Made by a program: the position numbers and the translations under genes
In this document: piece after piece, positions 8,526-15,489 of the stretch
Numbering within the stretch: position 1 is the stretch's first letter
Layout of the letters: every line of letters begins with the position of its first letter
IMG/VR virus record: IMGVR_UViG_3300028361_000020
Span: 64,001 to 101,322 of that record
Length of the DNA stretch: 37,322 bases
Source: a virus
Taxonomy: Duplodnaviria; Heunggongvirae; Uroviricota; Caudoviricetes
Strand: one strand, 5' to 3'
Notes under the pieces: generated by a model
The model's database searches: none
Told to the model about the DNA's origin: nothing
What the model saw: the letters and a program-made list of their open reading frames with translations, nothing else

Positions 8526-8828
8526 TTATTGTTCTGTAGCATCGGTGCTGGTCGTATCTAACATTTGCAAAGATTTCTTGTCTGCAATGTTAGCAGACTT
8601 ACTGCCTTCTGCATATGATAATCCGCCATAGGCCGAAGTGCTGTATCCTATCAATTGGGCAAACTGCCGACGGTCAGCTTTTGAGAAGTTCTGAACAGCA
8701 ATGGCGTTCATGTCTGCATTGCCGGTTTCTAGTAGCCACTCTACAATTGCGTTGGCACGAAATCGCGGTGTACCGTTGGCGTCCATGATGATTTGTTGTA
8801 CTGGGTGCTTCATGTTGTGTTTTTTCAC
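8526..8828 (-). CDS. hypothetical phage protein (RFRANAIV...RQFAQLIGYS motif)
   Basis: ORF; start may be ATG 8813. Confidence 0.7.
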   Translation of the reverse strand: MKKHNMKHPVQQIIMDANGTPRFRANAIVEWLLETGNADMNAIAVQNFSKADRRQFAQLIGYSTSAYGGLSYAEGSKSANIADKKSLQMLDTTSTDATEQ

Positions 8829-8862
8829 TTTAATTTAAGTTGTTGTTTTCAAGAGTGTTTAC

Positions 8863-9228
8863 TCATCGTCGCATAGTTGCTGCGTCTGTTGCAGCGGTCT
8901 TGTTGTCGCGACGGATGGGCATGAGGTTTGATTTGTGTGTTGTAACAATTCCAGCAATCTCATTTCCAGTATACACTGATTGTTCTTTTGCTGGACCGTG
9001 CGCAGGAATAGTGTCACTGGTTACACGTTTGACTTTGTAATCTGGAATCTTGTTGATACCAACACGCTGTCCCCTGGCATTAGTAGGAAGCTTGACCTTA
9101 CCAACTCCGAGTCGAGCAAGTGTTGCTTCGTGCAGTGCTTCGGCAGCAATAAGACTTTGTGTCTTCTTTTTGCCTTTGCGTTTTTTTGTAGTAAGCGAGG
9201 ACATACCTCGTATAAGATGCATACTCAT
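8863..9228 (-). CDS. basic hypothetical phage protein, 121 aa
   Basis: ORF, Lys/Arg-rich N-terminus. Confidence 0.75.
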   Translation of the reverse strand: MSMHLIRGMSSLTTKKRKGKKKTQSLIAAEALHEATLARLGVGKVKLPTNARGQRVGINKIPDYKVKRVTSDTIPAHGPAKEQSVYTGNEIAGIVTTHKSNLMPIRRDNKTAATDAATMRR

Positions 9229-9250
9229 AAATTATACCTTTAATTAAAAT

Positions 9251-9273
9251 CAACGACAGCATCGCTGTCGTTG
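9251..9273 (-). terminator. hairpin CAACGACAGC-3-GCTGTCGTTG, probable intrinsic terminator
   Basis: Perfect 10-bp stem followed by ATTTT on the minus strand, just after a stop codon. Confidence 0.55.
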
Positions 9274-9288
9274 ACAATGTCATGTGTA

Positions 9289-9540
9289 TTACTTCTTGGT
9301 CGCCGACTTCCAAATAGTCTTGGCATTTACCCGCAAGTACGGCTTATTAGTCTCACTGAAATTTGGGTTTGGAATAGTAACCATCACGTTTTTGCCTGCA
9401 TCAAACGCTGCGCGTTGATTAATCGTCCGATTGCCGCTGGCAAGATAACCTTCGCGAACTAATCGCATTGTAGAATTAGCAACATTGCTGTGAATGCCTT
9501 TTGAAACGTACGAAGTGGAGTTGCTCTTTTTCTTACCCAT
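9289..9540 (-). CDS. basic hypothetical phage protein, 83 aa
   Basis: Start re-called to ATG 9540 (GAGG Shine-Dalgarno, downstream of promoter). Confidence 0.75.
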   Translation of the reverse strand: MGKKKSNSTSYVSKGIHSNVANSTMRLVREGYLASGNRTINQRAAFDAGKNVMVTIPNPNFSETNKPYLRVNAKTIWKSATKK

Positions 9541-9589
9541 GGTGTGTAGTCCTCTTATGTATTTGCGTGTTTGCATGTTTGCATACTTG

Positions 9590-9618
9590 TTTATACAACG
9601 TTTTTGTACTGCTGTCAA
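9590..9618 (-). promoter_or_regulatory. sigma70-type promoter TTGACA-17-TATAAA
   Basis: Consensus match directly after the porin terminator. Confidence 0.75.
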
Positions 9619-9619
9619 G

Positions 9620-9649
9620 AAAAAAGAGACAGGTTTCCCTGTCTCTTTT
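9620..9649 (-). terminator. intrinsic terminator of the porin gene
   Basis: AAAAGAGACAGG-GAAA-CCTGTCTCTTTTTT. Confidence 0.85.
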
Positions 9650-9672
9650 AGATGTTATAGTTGTTTTAACTA

Positions 9673-10488
9673 TTAGAAGTTAAAGCTTACACCTGCTGCA
9701 ATGTCCGAATCTGTGGAGTTGATGTTGTAAGCAACTTCGCTCCACAATTCAATAGTATTGAACATCATGCTTGCGCCTGCGCCTACATAATCCACCAAGT
9801 CGGTGTCAGATGATCCACCTGCAAACCCAGCAATATCAACGGTTGCCATGGACCATCCAATCATGGCTTCGTATCCAACCGCGTCTGTTGTGCTTGAATA
9901 AGTTGCAACTGCGCCTGTGTTCAGTTGGTTGAACGAGCCGTTAACTTCGGCGGCAATTGCAAAGTCGTTGCTTACGTTTTGATAGTCGAGTACAACAGCA
10001 ACGTTTTGTGCAAGCATTACAGCTGGTGTAAAGTATGCTGCAACCTGGATGTTGGTCCAATTGTCAGTCACATTGTCATATCCAACATATGCTGCGCCCG
10101 ATGATGCACTAGCAATCAACGAATATTCTCCACTAGTTGGATTCGCAAGCGCGTCTCCGCCGAGTTCGCGCATAAGTGAACCGGTGAACAAGTCTTTCTG
10201 CTTACCAGCAGTGGCAGCAACAGCACCAAAATCAACACCAATATACCATTTGGCTAGTTCAACTTCTTCCGAATCTGGAAAGTCTGTAAACAACAACTCG
10301 CCGCCTACTAGCATGTCAACTGTTGGTGTAATACCGAAGCTAAAGTCAGCAGTTGCGTCCATTGCAAATACTGTGTCTGCGTTTCCGGATTTTGTAGCAA
10401 ATGTGTCAAGTGTGGCGCTTGTTCCTTGAGCAGATGCCGATGTTCCGATGGCCATAGTGGCAATTGTAGTTAAGAGTAGTGTACGCAT
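9673..10488 (-). CDS. outer-membrane porin-like beta-barrel protein, 271 aa
   Basis: Sec signal peptide MRTLLLTTIATMAIGTSASA, alternating beta-strand pattern, terminal AGVSFNF with C-terminal Phe; AAGGA Shine-Dalgarno at the re-called start. Confidence 0.8.
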   Translation of the reverse strand: MRTLLLTTIATMAIGTSASAQGTSATLDTFATKSGNADTVFAMDATADFSFGITPTVDMLVGGELLFTDFPDSEEVELAKWYIGVDFGAVAATAGKQKDLFTGSLMRELGGDALANPTSGEYSLIASASSGAAYVGYDNVTDNWTNIQVAAYFTPAVMLAQNVAVVLDYQNVSNDFAIAAEVNGSFNQLNTGAVATYSSTTDAVGYEAMIGWSMATVDIAGFAGGSSDTDLVDYVGAGASMMFNTIELWSEVAYNINSTDSDIAAGVSFNF

Positions 10489-10520
10489 ATTGAATTCCTT
10501 TTGGTTATGCATTGTAACGT

Positions 10521-10545
10521 AGGAGCAATACTGATTATTGCTCCT
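10521..10545 (-). promoter_or_regulatory. 5' UTR hairpin of the porin mRNA
   Basis: Perfect 10-bp stem AGGAGCAATA-5-TATTGCTCCT a few nt after the predicted transcription start. Confidence 0.6.
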
Positions 10546-10556
10546 TAACAATACTA

Positions 10557-10585
10557 GTTATACAGCAAAAAGCGCACCCAGTCAA
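10557..10585 (-). promoter_or_regulatory. sigma70-type promoter TTGACT-17-TATAAC
   Basis: Consensus match upstream of the porin. Confidence 0.7.
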
Positions 10586-10601
10586 GTACTGGATACGCTT
10601 T
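10567..10601 (-). terminator. intrinsic terminator overlapping the porin promoter -35 box
   Basis: 13-bp stem AAAGCGTATCCAG / CTGGGTGCGCTTT (with G-U pairs) and a U tract. Confidence 0.65.
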
Positions 10602-10639
10602 GCTTAAATAATGTCAATGTTGTTGTAAATTTACAACAA

Positions 10640-10816
10640 CTACTTCTTTGCTGCTTTTTCGTCTTTGGTAAGTTTTTGATTCCAGCTGTTGTTGCTAATG
10701 CCTAATTCAGAGGCCATTGGCTTGGTTTTGCCTTTGGTAACTTTGCCTCCTCCTTTTAAAAACGCATCAATCAAACTTTGTTCTGTGTTTGGCTTAGGTG
10801 GGTTATTTAAAGACAT
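10640..10816 (-). CDS. small basic protein, 58 aa (IDAFLKGGGKV motif)
   Basis: Not in the ORF track; paralog-like to 14149..14313. Confidence 0.7.
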   Translation of the reverse strand: MSLNNPPKPNTEQSLIDAFLKGGGKVTKGKTKPMASELGISNNSWNQKLTKDEKAAKK

Positions 10817-10972
10817 TGCTTATCCCTGGGTTAAAAATTATATAACAGTTTCTGAGTGGTGCGTTTTGTATCCCACTATTTGCAATCTACTAGTACTAAA
10901 AGTTTAAGAAGTACATCATTATTTGCCCAGCGGCCCAGACTATGTCTCGAGGGCGTTTTACAGTCTGTTATT

Positions 10973-11009
10973 AAAAGCGTACAAGGTAAGAAATACCTAT
11001 CTTGTACGC
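10973..11009 (-). terminator. intrinsic terminator downstream of tmRNA
   Basis: GCGTACAAG...CTTGTACGC stem followed by TTTT. Confidence 0.75.
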
Positions 11010-11395
11010 GAGCAACTTTTCTATTACTAGGTAAGTTGTCAACCCTAGTAGCCCAATTTAGGCTGCAAGTGAGGAGATTCTGTTGCTACGCTCTCCCCGG
11101 GCGCCAGTGAATTAAGCCGCTAGGGCCATTTCCACAGTGTTTGCATTATCGGTTGCATTTAGTAGTTTGATCGCATTAACCGAGCTTAAATCCGGGTATC
11201 CTAATAATTGTTTTTCCTGCACGTCGATCCTATTTATCGCCCGTAACGTTCATCATTTAGTTGTTTACAAGCACTACCTTGAAGATGTCAATCACCCGTC
11301 TAAACTTTTGGTGGACGATCTGGGTACCGCCCCCAGGTCCGTTTCATTTATTACAATCATCAATAATGCAACAACCGATTACTCTCTGCTGCATG
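11010..11395 (-). ncRNA. ssrA: circularly permuted two-piece tmRNA of alphaproteobacterial type
   Basis: Acceptor piece ends GGACCTGGGGGCGGTACCCAGATCGTCC-A-CCA (3' end 11309). Coding piece starts GGGCGATAAATAGGATCGAC (5' end 11242). The 7-bp acceptor stem has G3-U70. An 11-bp inter-piece helix pairs 11201..11211 with 11353..11363. GCAACAGAA pseudoknot present. Outer ends approximate. Confidence 0.95.
11112..11156 (-). other. tmRNA tag reading frame: ATDNANTVEMALAA*
   Basis: Resume context TAAAT-GCA; C-terminal ALAA degron. Confidence 0.92.
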
Positions 11396-11399
11396 TATA

Positions 11400-11430
11400 T
11401 ATTTATACACTATAACGTGCGAAGTGTCAA
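11400..11430 (-). promoter_or_regulatory. tmRNA promoter: TTGACA-17-TATAAA overlapping late-type TATAAATA
   Basis: Both motifs read directly. Confidence 0.75.
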
Positions 11431-11438
11431 GTTTTATT

Positions 11439-11638
11439 TTAGACCCAGGGACGACCTGGTTGCAGTCCGCCAGCATTTTCATTGTCGACGACCTCGTTGC
11501 CTGCATATTTTGTAGGCAACAGTTCAATGTTGGATGTATCTCGAGGGTTGCCTGCTGCTGTACGGTCGTTTGCTGCAAGAGCAAGCTTTGCTTCTTGCTT
11601 TGCTTGTTTGTTAGTTGTGATATACCATTTGCGCTCAT
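11439..11638 (-). pseudogene. small phage protein with an apparent frameshift near 11597 (MSANGISQLTNKQ / QEAKLALAANDR...LPTKYAGN...GGLQPGRPWV)
   Basis: 200 nt from ATG to a TAA just upstream of the tmRNA promoter; the second frame is protein-like, while the track ORF 11360..11638 runs through the tmRNA promoter. Confidence 0.65.
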
Positions 11639-11643
11639 ACTAA

Positions 11644-11651
11644 TATTTATA
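11644..11651 (-). promoter_or_regulatory. T4-type late promoter TATAAATA
   Basis: Exact T4 late consensus 5 nt upstream of ATG 11638. Confidence 0.6.
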
Positions 11652-11688
11652 CAATGTTTGTAAATTAGTATTAAGCTCTGATTTCATT

Positions 11689-11907
11689 TTAATCATTGCC
11701 GTTAATTTCGTCAACTGTACGGTGCATAAATATTTCGTAACGTTTTTTAATATCGGCATTAACAACTTCCACACAATGGATGCGGCCTTTTATCGTTAGT
11801 AATAAAAGTTCTTGGTCTGTTAGCCATATTACAAGGCCTGACACGTTTGTCGTTCCGTGGCAGCTATGCTTTTTGTAATGCGTGGCATAACATTTCTTTT
11901 CACTCAT
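11689..11907 (-). CDS. small hypothetical protein, paralog family (WLTD.ELL)
   Basis: Aligns with 11904..12113. Confidence 0.7.
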   Translation of the reverse strand: MSEKKCYATHYKKHSCHGTTNVSGLVIWLTDQELLLLTIKGRIHCVEVVNADIKKRYEIFMHRTVDEINGND

Positions 11908-12113
11908 CCGTCTACCGCCGGGCCTACAGTTTGATGCATGTAGACTTCGTTTACTTTTTTAATAGCAACGTTGGTTATTTCTACGAACAAATATTCGCCA
12001 TCTAATTGGTGCATCAACAGTTCGTTGTCGGTCAGCCAAACGATTTTTCCGCCAGCCTTAAAGCCCAGCCGGAAATCTGTCCACTGGGTGTAGCAACGCT
12101 TTTCACTGTTCAT
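11904..12113 (-). CDS. small hypothetical protein, paralog family (WLTD.ELL)
   Basis: Start re-called to MNSEKRCY (12113) by alignment with MSEKKCY. Confidence 0.65.
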   Translation of the reverse strand: MNSEKRCYTQWTDFRLGFKAGGKIVWLTDNELLMHQLDGEYLFVEITNVAIKKVNEVYMHQTVGPAVDG

Positions 12114-12360
12114 GAGGTTCAAGAATGTTGTTGTATGTTTGATCTGAAAGTTTTTCTCTAAAATATTGTAGGGCGTCGGATTCGAGTATTTTATCCGCAT
12201 GCTCATTTGGGTAACGTATACTAAACAATAAATATTGCTTGCTGGATAACCAGATTACACGGCTATATGGTCCAGTAAACAAATCAATTGTAGTTACAAA
12301 GCAGTGTATACAATTCTTAACTTTGGGAATGGTTGGTATTTGCGACTGCCATTTTTTCAT
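12103..12360 (-). CDS. small hypothetical protein (VIWLSSKQYLL)
   Basis: ORF; weak similarity to the two downstream paralogs. Confidence 0.55.
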   Translation of the reverse strand: MKKWQSQIPTIPKVKNCIHCFVTTIDLFTGPYSRVIWLSSKQYLLFSIRYPNEHADKILESDALQYFREKLSDQTYNNILEPHEQ

Positions 12361-12369
12361 AATAATACC

Positions 12370-12597
12370 TTATGCATATATTAAATAAGTAATAACGCCG
12401 TGATTTACAATATAACAACAATTGTGTGCATCAACGTTAACTTTAAACTGAGGGCCATCTTTTACTAATGAAACTGAGGACATTCCATCGTCGCTCCAAC
12501 AGCATGTACTGTCTATGCTGTTTTCGAATTCACGGTTCGGCTCGCAATTATCAATGCACCACCAATCTATAAACTTATCAATTATTTGCATGAACAT
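12370..12597 (-). CDS. hypothetical protein, 75 aa
   Basis: ORF packing. Confidence 0.55.
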   Translation of the reverse strand: MFMQIIDKFIDWWCIDNCEPNREFENSIDSTCCWSDDGMSSVSLVKDGPQFKVNVDAHNCCYIVNHGVITYLIYA

Positions 12598-12805
12598 GAT
12601 AACAATCTTCTTTGTTTACTAGCTCTGGTTCAGAACCTAGACTTTCTGTGATGTCAAAGACCGGTACTCCTGAAATCCTCAGCAGTATAATATGTTTGGG
12701 TTCCATAAGCGCAACTGGCTTTGGCAATGCAATCTCGCAGCAGAGGTTTGTGTCTGCAACCCTGGCCGAGCCAATGCTGACCATGTGTGCTTTTACTTTG
12801 ATCAC
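12578..12805 (-). CDS. hypothetical protein, 75 aa
   Basis: ORF packing; GTG start with GAGG upstream. Confidence 0.55.
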   Translation of the reverse strand: MIKVKAHMVSIGSARVADTNLCCEIALPKPVALMEPKHIILLRISGVPVFDITESLGSEPELVNKEDCYHVHANN

Positions 12806-12816
12806 TGCTTACCTCA

Positions 12817-13230
12817 CTATACATCTGGTTCAGGGTTATGTGCCCAGTGTAACAATCCTTGACGTTGCCTAGGACGTTTGGTAATGTTACCAAACCCGCT
12901 TTTGCGTACCTGCGCACCGTGTCTTGCACCAAAGGAACTCCACCGCCCAATTTGCCAACGGTCCAGTGCTTCGATGCGTCTACCGTGATAATATCTAATA
13001 TACCATTGAAACCAGCCCAGGGGATCTTCGGGCGTGATCCATCCTTTCTCACCCCAACGTTGAGCCGACAGTCCGACATTGCTGGCATAAAAATTTACTG
13101 GTGCAATCTCAATGTCTTCAATTAAATCTTCAGGAGAACTATTAAAATAGCCCCCGTCAAATACTCCAATTTCCAGCATCTGGTATGGTGTATAAAATGG
13201 TGCAAACGCTCTCATTGTACAGTCCTGCAT
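12817..13230 (-). CDS. conserved viral hypothetical protein (TP..ML.GVF.G.Y; GWFQWY.RYY.GRR; RQ.LLHWA)
   Basis: Motif pattern recalled from large phages and giant viruses; function unknown. Confidence 0.8.
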   Translation of the reverse strand: MQDCTMRAFAPFYTPYQMLEIGVFDGGYFNSSPEDLIEDIEIAPVNFYASNVGLSAQRWGEKGWITPEDPLGWFQWYIRYYHGRRIEALDRWQIGRWSSFGARHGAQVRKSGFGNITKRPRQRQGLLHWAHNPEPDV

Positions 13231-13267
13231 TGTTTATAGTTCACAGTAGCACACACACCAACCACTG

Positions 13268-13459
13268 TCAAGCGTCCAACACTCTACGTGCCCACTTTAT
13301 GTTGTGTTGTTTTTCAGCATCACCGAGTTTGTTTACTATCATGTATTCAACTTCTGCTTCTACAAAAGCAGTTAATACCCGTTTTAGTTGTGTGTTGCGT
13401 CCATGATAAGATATGTATACCAAAGAGGCGCCAAACACAACTCCTAGTAAAAATTCCAT
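13268..13459 (-). CDS. small membrane-anchored protein
   Basis: Hydrophobic N-terminus, AAGGA Shine-Dalgarno. Confidence 0.7.
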   Translation of the reverse strand: MEFLLGVVFGASLVYISYHGRNTQLKRVLTAFVEAEVEYMIVNKLGDAEKQHNIKWARRVLDA

Positions 13460-13489
13460 GTTACTTTCCTTTTGTCTATTGATTTGGTG

Positions 13490-13627
13490 TTAAAATGATT
13501 GTTGTTTTCCACAGCATGAACATCGTTGCCGCATTCGGGTAATCCTAGTGTAAGTGCCAGATGTCTTTGCCCACTTCCATTGGTGCCTATTTAACGCACA
13601 ATATAATTTTTGCAAAAAATAATCCAT
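13490..13627 (-). CDS. small Cys/His protein, 45 aa (C-x4-H ... CSCCG), possible zinc binding
   Basis: Not in the ORF track; ATG overlaps the upstream TAA. Confidence 0.55.
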   Translation of the reverse strand: MDYFLQKLYCALNRHQWKWAKTSGTYTRITRMRQRCSCCGKQQSF

Positions 13628-13860
13628 TAGTCTGCTAAATCAAGTTCAATAAGGTTAAGCGTGCTAAGGCGCAAGCCGCTGTGTCGAATGCCACCCGCAG
13701 CTTCGCATTTTTGATCAAAGCCAGTGTAAGTTGTAACTCCGATGCCTGTTCCTAATTCGTCGGCGCAACTTTTTGTTGTAAATGCTACTATAAACAACAT
13801 AAAGCATATACAAAGGCACCGGCACCAGTGATTAATTTGTTCGATTGTAAATTTACTCAC
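13627..13860 (-). CDS. small protein with hydrophobic Cys-rich N-terminal segment
   Basis: GTG start overlapping the TGA of a 15-aa mini-ORF. Confidence 0.55.
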   Translation of the reverse strand: MSKFTIEQINHWCRCLCICFMLFIVAFTTKSCADELGTGIGVTTYTGFDQKCEAAGGIRHSGLRLSTLNLIELDLAD

Positions 13861-13904
13861 GTTGTATCTCTCAGTCGGTTACACTTGTCTAAATCTTCAT
13901 GCAT
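13857..13904 (-). CDS. 15-aa mini-ORF MHEDLDKCNRLRDTT
   Basis: Strong AAGGAG Shine-Dalgarno; stop overlaps the next GTG. Confidence 0.35.
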   Translation of the reverse strand: MHEDLDKCNRLRDTT

Positions 13905-13915
13905 TAACTTCTCCT

Positions 13916-14110
13916 TTAATTTTTGTTATGCTGCATTCGTTCAGACTGATATGAATCAAGCAGATTAGATAAGTGGCGCAGTTGCTTTGCAGCACTTTCA
14001 ACGTGATGAAACTGAACACCAATTGCATGGCCAGCATCTATCATTTGGTCCAACGTTACTGCTAAATCTTCAATATCGACATGTGCTGCCGGTTTTCTCT
14101 TCATTACCAT
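13916..14110 (-). CDS. hypothetical protein, 64 aa
   Basis: ORF packing. Confidence 0.55.
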   Translation of the reverse strand: MVMKRKPAAHVDIEDLAVTLDQMIDAGHAIGVQFHHVESAAKQLRHLSNLLDSYQSERMQHNKN

Positions 14111-14148
14111 TGGGCTCTTTTAATCCTTGTTTGGTTCGGTAACGTTGC

Positions 14149-14313
14149 TTATGTTTCGTCCTCTTTCTTCTTCTTTCGGCGTCCGTAAAAGCCACCAGTG
14201 TACACAATGTCTTCTGATCGAGCACCCGGCGGCAGTGTTTCAACTTCGCCGCCTTTTTTAAAGAACGCGTCAATAAGCTCTTGTGATGTATTATTTACTG
14301 TTCGGTCTGCCAT
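14149..14313 (-). CDS. small protein, 54 aa (MADRTVNNTSQELIDAFFKKGGEVETLPPG...)
   Basis: Not in the ORF track; ATG overlaps upstream TAA; paralog-like to 10640..10816. Confidence 0.7.
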   Translation of the reverse strand: MADRTVNNTSQELIDAFFKKGGEVETLPPGARSEDIVYTGGFYGRRKKKKEDET

Positions 14314-14648
14314 TATTTAAAGCTTTCTACTGTTTGGTCAAATATTTCGTCTAGTGTGAGTTCAAAGTGAATAGGATTTAATTTTAAAACTTCGCTCTCC
14401 TCCATATCAAGTTCTGCTGTCTCCTCGGCTCTACTAAGTCCAAATAATATTAACAAGTCTTCTTCAGTTAAGAACTCGTTTCGTTGGTGAGAAGCCCACA
14501 CTGCGCTCATTAACACAAGATTAATACCCAACTCTGCGTTTTTAATATGGTTTTCCATAATGTATCGAATAGCTTTTTTTCTAATTGAATAATAGTATTC
14601 AACACGAGCAACGATGCCGTATAAGTAGTCTACGTTATTTTTGTCCAT
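14313..14648 (-). CDS. hypothetical protein, 111 aa
   Basis: GAGG Shine-Dalgarno and upstream TAAATA. Confidence 0.75.
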   Translation of the reverse strand: MDKNNVDYLYGIVARVEYYYSIRKKAIRYIMENHIKNAELGINLVLMSAVWASHQRNEFLTEEDLLILFGLSRAEETAELDMEESEVLKLNPIHFELTLDEIFDQTVESFK

Positions 14649-14694
14649 TAATTCCTCGTTTCTGGGTTTAAATATTCATCCCGCACAGTATTTA

Positions 14695-14874
14695 TTACTG
14701 ATCGATTTTCTTTTCTTGGATTTCTCGTCGGCGAATAACTAACAATTCTTTCATATCGTGTAGTGCTTGTCTTGCACGAACAGCACTAACCTTAACGCTA
14801 TCTTCGTCGAATTTTTCACTTTCTCGAAGATATATAGCCCAGGTTAATTTTAACTGTTCATGCGTGTCACTCAC
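14695..14874 (-). CDS. small helical protein, 59 aa, resembling the histone H1-like Hc1 small-protein family
   Basis: Not in the ORF track; E.EKF....K.SA.RAR.AL..MK.L...RR.EIQE pattern. Confidence 0.65.
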   Translation of the reverse strand: MSDTHEQLKLTWAIYLRESEKFDEDSVKVSAVRARQALHDMKELLVIRRREIQEKKIDQ

Positions 14875-15439
14875 TTAGTATTACTCCGCACAACTCTTCC
14901 CAGTTGGACACTCTAATTACATTATTGTTGTTATACCACTGATTAGTTGGATCGTCAATGAGAATTGGCCGCAATCCGTATTTTAACCCAGCATCACAGT
15001 TTTCGGGCTTGTCTTCGATCCACCAAAGCCCAGTACCTTCATACTTGACCAGTTCCTCGTCCTTATCGGCTCCGCAGGCTATTGAAATAAGTTGTTCAAC
15101 ACAATTAGTACCAAACACAGTATCGATATTTTGTTGTCGGAATTCTTTTGCCGACACCTGATCACTGAGACTGGTTATCATGTCAAACGTGTAGCCTGCT
15201 TCCAGCAACCGTTTGACTCCAGTAACTGCATCTCTAAATGCAGGCAATCGACTAATATTGTCGCTGTTATTGAAATCCAAAACTGCTTGTTGGATTTCTT
15301 CTCGTTGCAATTCCGGATAACTAACTTGCATGTCGTAAGAAGTACTGTTACTTCGACAATGGCCCAGGTTGTGCATGTGTTTGTGGAAAGGCCATATCCA
15401 ATTTAGCCACACTCCGTCACAATCTGTTAATATTTTCAT
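14867..15439 (-). CDS. HAD-family 5'(3')-deoxyribonucleotidase-like phosphatase
   Basis: ILTDCDGV motif I and WWIEDKPEN motif IV. Confidence 0.85.
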   Translation of the reverse strand: MKILTDCDGVWLNWIWPFHKHMHNLGHCRSNSTSYDMQVSYPELQREEIQQAVLDFNNSDNISRLPAFRDAVTGVKRLLEAGYTFDMITSLSDQVSAKEFRQQNIDTVFGTNCVEQLISIACGADKDEELVKYEGTGLWWIEDKPENCDAGLKYGLRPILIDDPTNQWYNNNNVIRVSNWEELCGVILSE

Positions 15440-15460
15440 GATTTTTCCTCTCTATACTAA

Positions 15461-15489
15461 ACTATAGCATATAAGCAGCACAGTGTCAA
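15461..15489 (-). promoter_or_regulatory. sigma70-type promoter TTGACA-17-TATAGT
   Basis: Consensus match with TG extended -10. Confidence 0.8.

Noticed and set aside
11360-11638. 92-aa ORF as given in the track
   Set aside because: It runs through the tmRNA promoter and acceptor piece; the shifted frame ending at 11439 is the credible one.
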